Assembly: GCA_039195375.1 (NCBI GenBank)
Contig: JBCCVL010000003.1
Span: forward strand, 9,201 to 73,200
Direction: 5' to 3'
Source: Actinomycetota bacterium
GTDB taxonomy: Bacteria > Actinomycetota > Acidimicrobiia > Acidimicrobiales > SZUA-35
DNA length: 64,000 nt
The position numbers and the translations under genes were made by a program. The notes under the pieces were generated by a model. That model did no database searches, was not told where the DNA came from, and saw nothing but the letters and a program-made list of their open reading frames with translations. How positions within the stretch are numbered: the stretch's first letter is position 1; every line of letters begins with the position of its first letter. Shown here one piece after another: positions 29,791-40,169 of the stretch.

Positions 29791-30102
29791 ATGTCCAAGA
29801 TTTCCCTGATCGCCAAGCTCACCGCCGCCGACGGCAAGGCCGACGAGCTGGCCGCCGCCCTGACCGAGCTCATCGCCGCAGCCGAGAGCGAGCCCGGGTT
29901 GGAGATCTACTCGGCCAACGTCGCCGCAGACGACCCCAATACCTTCTACTTCTTCGAGCTCTACGCCGACCAGGCCGCGCTCGAGGTGCACGGCAAGGCC
30001 GAGCCGATGGTCGGGGCGATGAAGGCACTCGGTGGACTGTTGGCCGGTCGGCCCGAGGTGACGATGATGAGTCCGGTCGTGGCCAAGGGCCTCGACCTCT
30101 GA
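29791..30102 (+). CDS. ABM-domain (antibiotic biosynthesis monooxygenase / YgiN-like) protein
   Basis: 103 aa. ISLIAKLTAADGKADEL...EPGLEIY...FYFFELYADQAALEVH. Confidence 0.75.
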   Translation: MSKISLIAKLTAADGKADELAAALTELIAAAESEPGLEIYSANVAADDPNTFYFFELYADQAALEVHGKAEPMVGAMKALGGLLAGRPEVTMMSPVVAKGLDL

Positions 30103-30127
30103 GCCCGGACCGACGACGCCACCGCCG

Positions 30128-30931
30128 ATGACCGGTCCGGCCGCCACCAACACCTATCTGGCCCGCATCCTCGACGCCCACCGGGAGGCGGCGGCCGCCG
30201 ACACCAGACGGCTCGACGACCTGGTGGCCCGCTCGGCGGGCCTCGACCCGGTCCGCGGGTTCACCCGGGCCCTGGCGGCCACCGATGGGGTTGCGGTCAT
30301 CAGCGAGGTCAAGCGCCGCTCGCCGTCGAAGGGCGATCTGCACCCCGACCTCGACCCGGCGGCCTTGGCCGCCGACTACGCCGGCGGCGGGGCGTCGTGT
30401 CTGTCGGTGCTGACCGACCGGGACTTCTTCGGCGGCTCAGCCGATGACCTGGCCGCAGCCAGGGGAGCGGTCGACCTGCCGGCGATCCGCAAGGACTTCA
30501 CGGTGTCCGCCAACGACGTCGTCGACGCCCGGCTGATGGGAGCCGATGCGGTGCTGCTCATCGTGGCTGCGCTCGACGACGCCGAGCTGGGCGACTTCCA
30601 CGCCCTGGCGACCGAGCTCGGGCTCGATGCGCTGGTCGAGATCCACGACGAGGCCGAGGTCGAGCGGGCGCTGGCCGTCGGGTCGACCCTCATCGGGGTC
30701 AACCAGCGGGACCTCGTGACCTTCGAGGTCGACACCGCCAGGGCGGTCCGGGTCGCGGCCGCCATCCCGGACGGGGTGGTGTCGGTCGCCGAGTCCGGCA
30801 TCGGTGGCCCCGACGATCTGCCACCGCTGGCCGAGGCCGGCTTCGACGCCGTCCTCGTCGGCGAGAGCCTGGTCCGCTCGGGTGATCCTCGGGCTGCGGT
30901 GGCGGCCCTGCGGGCGGCGACGACCGCCTGA
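30128..30931 (+). CDS. trpC: indole-3-glycerol phosphate synthase
   Basis: VISEVKRRSPSKG, LSVLTDRDFFGG, LPAIRKDF, LVEIHDEAE, IGVNQRDL. Confidence 0.92.
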   Translation: MTGPAATNTYLARILDAHREAAAADTRRLDDLVARSAGLDPVRGFTRALAATDGVAVISEVKRRSPSKGDLHPDLDPAALAADYAGGGASCLSVLTDRDFFGGSADDLAAARGAVDLPAIRKDFTVSANDVVDARLMGADAVLLIVAALDDAELGDFHALATELGLDALVEIHDEAEVERALAVGSTLIGVNQRDLVTFEVDTARAVRVAAAIPDGVVSVAESGIGGPDDLPPLAEAGFDAVLVGESLVRSGDPRAAVAALRAATTA

Positions 30932-31025
30932 CCGGCGTCGCCCGGCCGGGCCCGGCGCCCGGTCGGCGCCCGGTCGGCCAGAATTCGATCAGGGTGGACG
31001 GCCGAGGCTGCGGTAACGTGCCTGG

Positions 31026-31649
31026 GTGTTCGTGAAGATCTGTGGCGTCACCACGGTCGAGGACGCCCTGCTGGCTGCGGGGCTCGGTGCCGATGCGGTC
31101 GGCCTGAACTTCTGGTCCGGATCGAAGCGCCGCATCGGTCGGGAGACGGCGCGCGACATCGTCCGCCGCCTCCCACCCGAGGTTCTCACGGTCGGGATCT
31201 TCCGCAACGAGCGACCCGACCGGGTCGTCGAGCTGGCCAACGTCGTGGGCCTGCGAGCCGTCCAGCTCCACGGCGACGAGACGCCCGAGGACACCCGCTG
31301 GGTCGGTGAGCGGGTGCCGGCCGTGATCCGGGCCCTCGGGATCAACGATCCGGCGTTGGTTTCCGATGCCGACTGGGGCCCCCACCGTCTCCTCGTCGAC
31401 TCGCCGATGGGGGGAAGCGGGGAGACGTTCGACTGGGGACTGATCGAGGAGCGGGTCGGCGACCGGGCGTACCTGCTGGCCGGTGGGCTCGACCAGGACA
31501 ACGTCGCCAAGGCCATCGAGGAGCTCGACCCGTGGGGGGTCGACGTCGCCTCCGGCGTCGAGTCGTCGCCCGGGCGGAAGGATCCGGCCAAGGTCCGCAA
31601 GTTCCTGGCCGCAGCTCGGGCCGCCCGGCCGTTCCGCCCGACCGGCTGA
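31026..31649 (+). CDS. trpF: phosphoribosylanthranilate isomerase
   Basis: GTG start. FVKICGVTTVEDA, GADAVGLNF, AVQLHGDE, LVDSPMGGSGETFDW, LAGGL, GVDVASGVE. Confidence 0.88.
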   Translation: MFVKICGVTTVEDALLAAGLGADAVGLNFWSGSKRRIGRETARDIVRRLPPEVLTVGIFRNERPDRVVELANVVGLRAVQLHGDETPEDTRWVGERVPAVIRALGINDPALVSDADWGPHRLLVDSPMGGSGETFDWGLIEERVGDRAYLLAGGLDQDNVAKAIEELDPWGVDVASGVESSPGRKDPAKVRKFLAAARAARPFRPTG

Positions 31650-31735
31650 CCGGCCGATCGCCCGTGACGCAGCCCGCCGGGGCCGGACCACCCGACCGAA
31701 GTCAACAGCAAGCAACCGAGTGAGGAACAACACCG

Positions 31736-32998
31736 ATGACGTCAACCGCTGACCACACCGACCAGCCCGCCTCGGCCGGCTCGTCGCTGATGGCCGAGCC
31801 GGACGACCGCGGCCGCTTCGGCCAGTTCGGGGGACGTTACGTCCCCGAGACCCTGGTCCCGGCCTGCGCCGAGCTGGAGGAGGCCTTCCGGGCGGCCTGG
31901 GGCGACCCGGCGTTCCGGACCGAGTTCGAGACCCTGCTCCACGACTACGCCGGCCGACCATCGGCGCTCACCGACTGCCGGAACCTGTCCGAGGAGCTCG
32001 GCTGCCGGGTGCTGCTCAAGCGCGAGGACCTCAATCACACCGGCAGCCACAAGATCAACAACGTCCTCGGCCAGACGCTCCTGGCGAAGCGGATGGGCAA
32101 GCAGCGGGTGGTGGCCGAGACGGGCGCCGGCCAGCATGGGGTGGCCACCGCCACCGCGGCGGCCTACTTCGGGCTCGACTGCGTGGTCTACATGGGCGAG
32201 GTCGACGTCGGTCGCCAGGCCCTCAACGTGTTCCGCATGGAGCTGCTCGGGGCCGAGGTCCGCCCGGCCATGTCGGGCAGCCGGACGCTCAAGGACGCGG
32301 TCAACGAGGCCATGCGGGACTGGGTGGCCACCGTCGAGGACACTTATTACTGCCTCGGCTCGGTCATGGGCCCGCACCCGTACCCGTGGATGGTTCGGGA
32401 GTTCCACCGCATCATCGGCACCGAGGCCCTGGCCCAGTCAAGGGCCCTGCTCGACGGTGACGTGCCCGACGTCGTCGTCGCCTGCGTCGGCGGCGGCTCC
32501 AACGCCGCCGGGCTGTTCGCCGGCTTCGTCGATACCCGGGCCGAGCTGGTCGGGGTCGAACCCGCCGGCGGCGCCGCTGTCAGCCGGTCGGTCCCCGGCG
32601 TGGTCCACGGCTCGATGTCGTACCTCATGCAGGACGAGTTCGGGCAGGTCCAGGAGGCCCAGTCGGTCTCGGCCGGGCTCGACTACCCGGGCGTCGGGCC
32701 CGAGCACGCCCACCTGGCCGACATCGGCCGTGCCCGATACGAGCCCGTGACCGACAGCGAGGTGCTCGCCGCCTTCGAGTTGCTGGCCAGGACCGAGGGC
32801 ATCATTCCCGCCCTCGAATCGGCCCACGGGCTTGCCTGGATGTCGCGCAACCGAGCGGAGCTGGCCGGCAAGACCGTGTTGCTCAACCTGTCCGGTCGGG
32901 GTGACAAGGACGTCGCCCAGGTCCAGGCGATCAAGCGGGGTGATGCCGAGGCGCTGGCCCACGTCGACCTGGAGCGTCAGCCAGGGGACCCGTCGTGA
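31736..32998 (+). CDS. trpB: tryptophan synthase beta chain
   Basis: [26 protein letters not shown] (PLP lysine), [20 protein letters not shown]. Confidence 0.95.
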   Translation: MTSTADHTDQPASAGSSLMAEPDDRGRFGQFGGRYVPETLVPACAELEEAFRAAWGDPAFRTEFETLLHDYAGRPSALTDCRNLSEELGCRVLLKREDLNHTGSHKINNVLGQTLLAKRMGKQRVVAETGAGQHGVATATAAAYFGLDCVVYMGEVDVGRQALNVFRMELLGAEVRPAMSGSRTLKDAVNEAMRDWVATVEDTYYCLGSVMGPHPYPWMVREFHRIIGTEALAQSRALLDGDVPDVVVACVGGGSNAAGLFAGFVDTRAELVGVEPAGGAAVSRSVPGVVHGSMSYLMQDEFGQVQEAQSVSAGLDYPGVGPEHAHLADIGRARYEPVTDSEVLAAFELLARTEGIIPALESAHGLAWMSRNRAELAGKTVLLNLSGRGDKDVAQVQAIKRGDAEALAHVDLERQPGDPS

Positions 32999-33870
32999 CC
33001 GCAGCATCGACCGGCGCCGTCAACGGCGTCGTCCCGGCCGAGGCCGACGGCGACGAACCGCCCGTGGTCTGGGACACCAGCGGCATGGCACCCGGTCGGC
33101 TCGAGTCGGCCCTGCGGGCGAAGCGGGAGGCCGGTCGCAAGCTGCTCCTGCCCTACATCACCGCCGGCTACCCGACCGACGACTGGGGTCGGCTGGTCGA
33201 GGGGGTGGCGGCGGCCGGCGCCGACGCCATCGAGATCGGGGTCCCGTTCTCCGACCCGGTGATGGACGGGGTCACGATCCAGGAGTCGTCGACCCGGGCC
33301 CTGGCCGACGGCATCGATCCAGCCACGGCGTTCGACACGGTGGCCGACCTCGACGTCGGCGTCCCGCTGATCGCCATGACCTACTACAACATCTGCTACC
33401 GGATGGGCCACCGCCGGTTCGCCAACGCCCTGGCCGAGGCCGGGATCTCGGCCGCCATCCTGCCAGACCTGCCCCTCGAAGAGGCGGGACCGTGGACCCG
33501 GGCCGCCGACCACGTCGGCATCGAGACCGTCCTGCTGGCGGCCCCGACCGCCCCGGACGAGCGCCTGCCCCGCATCACCGCCCGCAGCCGTGGATTCGTC
33601 TACGGGGTGGGCCTGGTCGGCATCACGGGTGAGCGGGACGCATTGGCCGCCAGCTCGCTCGAGATGGCCCGCCGTCTCAAGGAGGTCACCGACAAGCCGG
33701 TGCTGATCGGTGTCGGCGTGTCCAACCCCGAGCAGGCGGCGGCGGTGTGTGAGGTGGCCGACGGTGTCGTCGTCGGGTCGGCCGTGATCCGACGGGTCCT
33801 CGACGACGGGGTCGATGCCGCGGTCGAGTTCGTCGCCGCCCTCCGGGCCGGGCTCGACGGCGCCGGCTGA
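32995..33870 (+). CDS. trpA: tryptophan synthase alpha chain
   Basis: GTGA overlap with trp[50 protein letters not shown]. An alternative ATG at 33085 would remove a 30-aa non-conserved N-terminus. Confidence 0.9.
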   Translation: MTAASTGAVNGVVPAEADGDEPPVVWDTSGMAPGRLESALRAKREAGRKLLLPYITAGYPTDDWGRLVEGVAAAGADAIEIGVPFSDPVMDGVTIQESSTRALADGIDPATAFDTVADLDVGVPLIAMTYYNICYRMGHRRFANALAEAGISAAILPDLPLEEAGPWTRAADHVGIETVLLAAPTAPDERLPRITARSRGFVYGVGLVGITGERDALAASSLEMARRLKEVTDKPVLIGVGVSNPEQAAAVCEVADGVVVGSAVIRRVLDDGVDAAVEFVAALRAGLDGAG

Positions 33871-33879
33871 GCGGGCATC

Positions 33880-34266
33880 GTGCCGGTCGACGAGCGACGG
33901 CCGTTCCCGGCCGACGATCCCGACTGCGAGCTGTGCCAGGCGGCCCGATTCACCCACTGGTACGCGGTGACCGAGCACGGGTGGGTCGCCGACTGCGAGG
34001 TCTGTTCGGTGCCGATGGTCGTATGGTGGCACCACGGCACCGAGCCGTCGGACGAGGCTCTCGATGAGCTGCTGGCCGCGCTCGCCACCGCCGCAGACGA
34101 GCGGTTCGGGCCGGGCCGCTGGCAGCTCGACCGGGTGATGCGCCAGGTGCCGACCCACTTCCACGCCCACGCCCGCGACGAGCGCTGGTTCGCTGAACGC
34201 TGGACCCGGCCGCTGTCGCGCTACACCGGTGTCGGTGGTGACCGGGAGACGACCGGCGACAGTTGA
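33880..34266 (+). CDS. small Cys-rich protein with HIT-like H-x-H-x-H motif (hypothetical)
   Basis: 128 aa, GTG start. CELC ... CEVC pair and THFHAHA near the C-terminal third, resembling the CxxC + HxHxHxx layout of HIT proteins. Assignment is tentative. Confidence 0.45.
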   Translation: MPVDERRPFPADDPDCELCQAARFTHWYAVTEHGWVADCEVCSVPMVVWWHHGTEPSDEALDELLAALATAADERFGPGRWQLDRVMRQVPTHFHAHARDERWFAERWTRPLSRYTGVGGDRETTGDS

Positions 34267-34354
34267 GGGCGTCGGGCTCCTCGGGCTCCGGCGCCAGACC
34301 GGTTCCCGGATGTGACATCGGGAACACGATCGCCGCCCGGCCGGTTGAGCGTTC

Positions 34355-35713
34355 ATGCGATTCGCAGGTGGACGGTCCGCTCCGACCATGGCGCGCCTGG
34401 CGGCGTCGTCAGTCGCACTCGTCCTGGTGGCCGGCGCCTGCGCCGGCGGCGACGACGATGCCGACGGCTCGGCCTCGGTCGAGGCGGAGGCCACCGCCGC
34501 CACAGGGGCCACCGCCGCGACGGAGGCCGACACGGCCGACGAGACGGCGGGCGATGGCGGCGACGCCGCATCGGCCATTGCCGTCCAGACGCCGCCGGAC
34601 TCCGACGTCGACTATTCGACGGTCGACTACGACGCCGAGCCCGTCGGCTCGGCCCTTCGGGGTGACCGGGCCGATCCGGCCTACCCGGAGCCGGTGATCG
34701 ACCCGACCCTCATCCGCTCCGGTGGCGTGCCGCCGGACGGCATCCCGCCGATCGACGCCCCGATGTTCACCGCCGCCGGCGACGTCGACTACCTGACCGA
34801 TGACGAGGCCGTGATCCTGGTCGAGGTCGACGGCGACGCCAGGGCGTACCCGATCCAGATCCTCATCTGGCACGAGATCGTCAACGACACCTTCGGCGAC
34901 GTCCCGGTGTCGATCACCTACTGCCCGCTGTGCAACTCGGCCCTGGCCTTCGATCGCCGGGTCGGGGAACGGGTGCTCGACTTCGGTACCTCGGGCGAGC
35001 TCTACCAGTCGGCGTTGGTCATGTACGACCGCCAGACCGAATCGCTGTGGGCTCATTTCACCGGCGGTGGGCTCGTCGGCCACTACGCCGGCGTCCAGCT
35101 CGACTTCATCCCGGCCCAGACCGTGTCATGGGCCCAGTTCCGCGAGGCCAACCCGGACGGGTTGGTGCTCAACCAGTCGACCGGGGCCCAGCGGCCCTAC
35201 GGCCAGAACCCGTACCCGGGCTACGACTTCGAGCAGTCCGATCCGATCTCGACCTTCTTCACCGGCGACATCGACCGGACGCTGGCCTCAAAGGCTCGGA
35301 TCGTCGGGGTCAACGACGACGGCGGCTCGGTTGCGGTCCGCCTCGAGGACCTCGTCGACCAGCCGGTGATCCCCGTGACCGAGGACGGACGCAACCTGGT
35401 CGTGTTCCATCGGCCCGGTCTCGCCTCGTCGCTCGACTCGTTCCAGGTCGACGGCGGCCGGGACGTCGGCCAGACCGGCGTGTTCGAGGCCGTCGCCCCG
35501 GACGGGACCGAGCTGACCTTCGCGCCAGGTCCGGCCGACGACGGCAGCTTCGTCGACGATCAGACCGGCTCGACGTGGAACGTGCTCGGGCAGGCGACCG
35601 GTGGCCCGCTCGACGGCAGTGAGCTCGCCAAGGTTCCCCACCTCGACACGTTCTGGTTCGCCTGGGCGACCTACCGTCCGGGAACGGTCATCGTCGAGCC
35701 GCCGGCGTCGTAG
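34355..35713 (+). CDS. DUF3179-family lipoprotein
   Basis: Lipobox LVAGACAGG. GVPPDGIPPIDAPMF, AYPIQILIWHEIVND, SITYCPLCNSALAFDR, TSGELYQSALVMYDRQTESLW. Confidence 0.8.
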   Translation: MRFAGGRSAPTMARLAASSVALVLVAGACAGGDDDADGSASVEAEATAATGATAATEADTADETAGDGGDAASAIAVQTPPDSDVDYSTVDYDAEPVGSALRGDRADPAYPEPVIDPTLIRSGGVPPDGIPPIDAPMFTAAGDVDYLTDDEAVILVEVDGDARAYPIQILIWHEIVNDTFGDVPVSITYCPLCNSALAFDRRVGERVLDFGTSGELYQSALVMYDRQTESLWAHFTGGGLVGHYAGVQLDFIPAQTVSWAQFREANPDGLVLNQSTGAQRPYGQNPYPGYDFEQSDPISTFFTGDIDRTLASKARIVGVNDDGGSVAVRLEDLVDQPVIPVTEDGRNLVVFHRPGLASSLDSFQVDGGRDVGQTGVFEAVAPDGTELTFAPGPADDGSFVDDQTGSTWNVLGQATGGPLDGSELAKVPHLDTFWFAWATYRPGTVIVEPPAS

Positions 35714-35765
35714 CTGGACGAGCGCCGGCGGCCGGACGGCTGGTGGCTCGCAGAGCCGACGTCGG

Positions 35766-37661
<1,896 letters not shown>

Positions 37662-37783
37662 CTAAGCGGCCGGGCCGAGAAGTCGAAGGTCGAGCAGCGC
37701 AAACACGAAGACGAACCCTAGCACGGCCAGGGCGGCGTTTCCTCCTGTTCGCTGGTGACCGGCGAGTGGGCCCTCGTGGTCCG

Positions 37784-38053
37784 CTAGTCCGTCGCGGTGC
37801 GGAGGTCCTGGCTGAACGCCTCGAGGGCGGCCCGGACTCCGGGATCGATCTCGCGTCGACGGCTCGACAGGTTGTCCTTGATCCGCTGGTAGACCTCGGA
37901 CTCGGCCGAGCACGCAGGGCAGCTGTCGAGGTGTTCGGCAACCCGAAGCGCGGTCTCGACGTCGACCTCGCCATCGAGGTACGCCTGCAGGACCTCCATG
38001 ACCTCCTCGCACGTGAGGCCGCGGCGGAAGCGCTTGAGGAGACGGTTGATCAT
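37784..38053 (-). CDS. rshA: zinc-binding anti-sigma factor (ZAS; RsrA/RshA type, soluble)
   Basis: 89 aa. C15, H41, C45, C48 (LTCEEV ... AEHLDSCPAC) reproduce the C-N25-H-x3-C-x2-C ligand spacing of RsrA. Start overlaps the sigma gene stop. Confidence 0.85.
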   Translation of the reverse strand: MINRLLKRFRRGLTCEEVMEVLQAYLDGEVDVETALRVAEHLDSCPACSAESEVYQRIKDNLSSRRREIDPGVRAALEAFSQDLRTATD

Positions 38054-38610
38054 CGGTTGGCCGCCTCCCCCTCGAGGCCGGTCTCGGCCAGCTGGTCACG
38101 GATGCGCTTGCGGGCCCGGTGGAGCCGGCTCATCACCGTGCCGACCGGGATGTCGAGCAGGTCGGCCGCCTCCTGGTACGCCAGGCCGTTGAGGTCGACG
38201 AGTTCGACGATCTCCCGGAACATGTCCGGCAGCTCGGCGAACGCCGACTCGATGGCGGCGTCGAACACCGGGTCGACGACGAGCGACTCGGGGTGGTCCT
38301 GATCGGCGAAGTCGGTCGACCGCTCGAAGGTGGCGTCCGGGTCGTCGAGCAGGTCGGGCTTCTTCTTGCGGACCCGGTTGATGTTGGCGTTCCGCATGAT
38401 CGTCAACAGCCAGGCCCGCGGATGGCGGCCGTCGAAGCGCTCGATGGCCCGGTAGGCACGGAGCAGCGTGTCCTGCACCAGGTCCTGGGCGTCGGCATCC
38501 GACCGGGTCAGCGACCACGCGGTCCGGTACATCACGTCCAGTTCCGGGAGGACATAGCGCTCGAAGCGCTCGTCGGCCGCAGTCGGGGCCTTGTCCATCA
38601 CTGCAAGCAT
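38050..38610 (-). CDS. sigH: ECF sigma factor, SigH/SigR type
   Basis: ORF 38050..38880 trimmed to ATG 38610 (alt. 38598). Region 2 DAQDLVQDTLLRAYRAIERFDG...AWLLTIMRN, region 4 LNGLAYQEAADLLDIPVGTVMSRLHRARKRI. Confidence 0.88.
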   Translation of the reverse strand: MLAVMDKAPTAADERFERYVLPELDVMYRTAWSLTRSDADAQDLVQDTLLRAYRAIERFDGRHPRAWLLTIMRNANINRVRKKKPDLLDDPDATFERSTDFADQDHPESLVVDPVFDAAIESAFAELPDMFREIVELVDLNGLAYQEAADLLDIPVGTVMSRLHRARKRIRDQLAETGLEGEAANR

Positions 38611-38619
38611 CTCCTCGGT

Positions 38620-38645
38620 AACCGGGCTGGCGCCGCCGCCATTCC
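38620..38645 (-). promoter_or_regulatory. SigR/SigH-type promoter GGAAT-N18-GTT immediately upstream of sigH
   Basis: Minus strand GGAAT (38645-41), exactly 18 nt, GTT (38622-20). ATG 38610 begins 9 nt after GTT. Confidence 0.6.
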
Positions 38646-38762
38646 AACCATCCTGGCATGACCCGCCGGGTGAACCGACGTCCGGGGCCACCCGGGCGGC
38701 CTGCGGTAAGACGAAGTTCAGATCCGGAGCCTTCTCCGGCTCTCGGCCAGTGCCAGCAGACG

Positions 38763-39287
38763 CTACAGCCGCTCGTAGTCCCAGGACAGCGGTTGGTCGC
38801 CGTCGTACGGCATCGTGCCGTGGAAGGCGCGGGGCTCGTCGTCGAAGACCAGGGGGATGAAGTGACGGTCGCCTGCCCACAACGGCAGGCGTCGGCCGGC
38901 ATCGACATCAGACGGGTCACACGCCGCCAGCAGGTCGGTCCTGCCGACCCACTCAAGGGTTCCCTCCTCGTTGGCCGGTGGCGGGGTCCCGGTCCAGGCG
39001 GTGGCGAGGAAGACGAAGCCGAGCCACTCCTCGCGTCTCGGTCCGAAGTTCGTCCAGGTGATGGTCCCCCGCAGCTGCACGTCCGTCAGCTCGACCTCGG
39101 CCTCCTCCCGGATCTCGCGTCGCAGTCCGGCCACCACCGACTCGTCCGGCTCGACCTTGCCACCGAGCCCGTTGACCTTGCCGAGATGGTCATCGTCGGC
39201 CCTCGCGTTGCGTCGGATGAGCAGGATCCGGTCGGATTCCCGGTCCCACAGGTAGGCCAGGGTGCCGACGATCGGGGTGAAAGGCAT
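38763..39287 (-). CDS. Nudix hydrolase (MutT-like)
   Basis: Nudix box GLGGKVEPDESVVAGLRREIREEAEV. Confidence 0.85.
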   Translation of the reverse strand: MPFTPIVGTLAYLWDRESDRILLIRRNARADDDHLGKVNGLGGKVEPDESVVAGLRREIREEAEVELTDVQLRGTITWTNFGPRREEWLGFVFLATAWTGTPPPANEEGTLEWVGRTDLLAACDPSDVDAGRRLPLWAGDRHFIPLVFDDEPRAFHGTMPYDGDQPLSWDYERL

Positions 39288-39750
39288 GGGCCACAGCTTG
39301 GTCCGGCCAGCGGTCGCTCGTGCGAGAACGAGTGGGAATCCGCTGGTTCAGCGGAAATTTCCTTCCCGGTCCCGAGGTGGTCGACCGACCGGTTCCGGCT
39401 GCGGTCGGTTCGACCTGGCACGGATGGGTGTCCGGTCGCCCCCCAGCGGAGGTCGCCGGGCCCCACCCCACCCGATTCAGTCCCCGAAAACCGCTGAATG
39501 ACGCGGGTTTCGGGAACTGATGGTCCGATGATGGTGCTGGATCGGCCCGGTTGCCCACGGTGGCGCCCCGGCGACCCCCGGTGACGGTTGTCATTTGCCG
39601 GCCGAGCCCCGAATCCCACTGGTGGAGCGGCTGACGAGGCTCCACCGGGCCACGAAATCCTTGACAATGTGATTCGGCCGGACTCCACTGCTGATGTCTC
39701 CCCACCGCACGGGAGCCCCCACGGAAAATCGATGGATACAAGGAGTTCGC

Positions 39751-40026
39751 ATGAACAAGTCCGAACTGGTCGACAGTATCGCCGGACAGAGCGGCGTCTC
39801 GAAGAAGGACGTCGAGGCGTCGATCAACGGGATGTTCGACGTCGTGGCTGATGCCGTCGCAAACGGTGACACCGTCACCATCCAGGGTTGGCTGAAGTTC
39901 GAGCAGGTCGAGCGGGCCGCCCGGACCGGTCACAACCCGCAGACCGGCGAGAAGATGCAGATCCCGGCCTCGAAGGCGGCCAAGGTGACCGCACTGACGA
40001 AGCTCAAGGCCGCAGGCAAGGGCTGA
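39751..40026 (+). CDS. hup: DNA-binding protein HU (short form)
   Basis: ORF 39694..40026 trimmed to ATG 39751 after AAGGAG. MNKSELVDSIA...SKKDVEA...GDTVTIQGW..F...RAARTGHNPQTGEKMQIPASK. Confidence 0.92.
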   Translation: MNKSELVDSIAGQSGVSKKDVEASINGMFDVVADAVANGDTVTIQGWLKFEQVERAARTGHNPQTGEKMQIPASKAAKVTALTKLKAAGKG

Positions 40027-40074
40027 GCAATCACGCTGGTGAGGTGGCTCGTCGCCGCCTCACCGATCACGAGT

Positions 40075-40126
40075 GGCGCCCCGCTCGTCGGTTCGGAAAC
40101 GGACCGGCGGCGGGGCGCCGTTTGTT
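40075..40126 (+). terminator. intrinsic terminator after hup
   Basis: GGCGCCCCGC (40075-84) pairs with GCGGGGCGCC (40110-19), with an inner CGGUUCG-GAAA-CGGACCG helix, followed by GUUUGUU. Confidence 0.6.
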
Positions 40127-40169
40127 ACTCGTCGACCGGCGACACCAGCCCCGTTGAGCCCCGGCTGCG

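Noticed and set aside
39330-39360. Cobalamin riboswitch suggested by GGGAAUCCGCUGG
   Set aside because: The B12-box (GCCACUG-like) and the rest of the conserved core are absent, and the neighbouring genes (Nudix, hup) are not B12-related. The region is kept only as an unclassified structured region.
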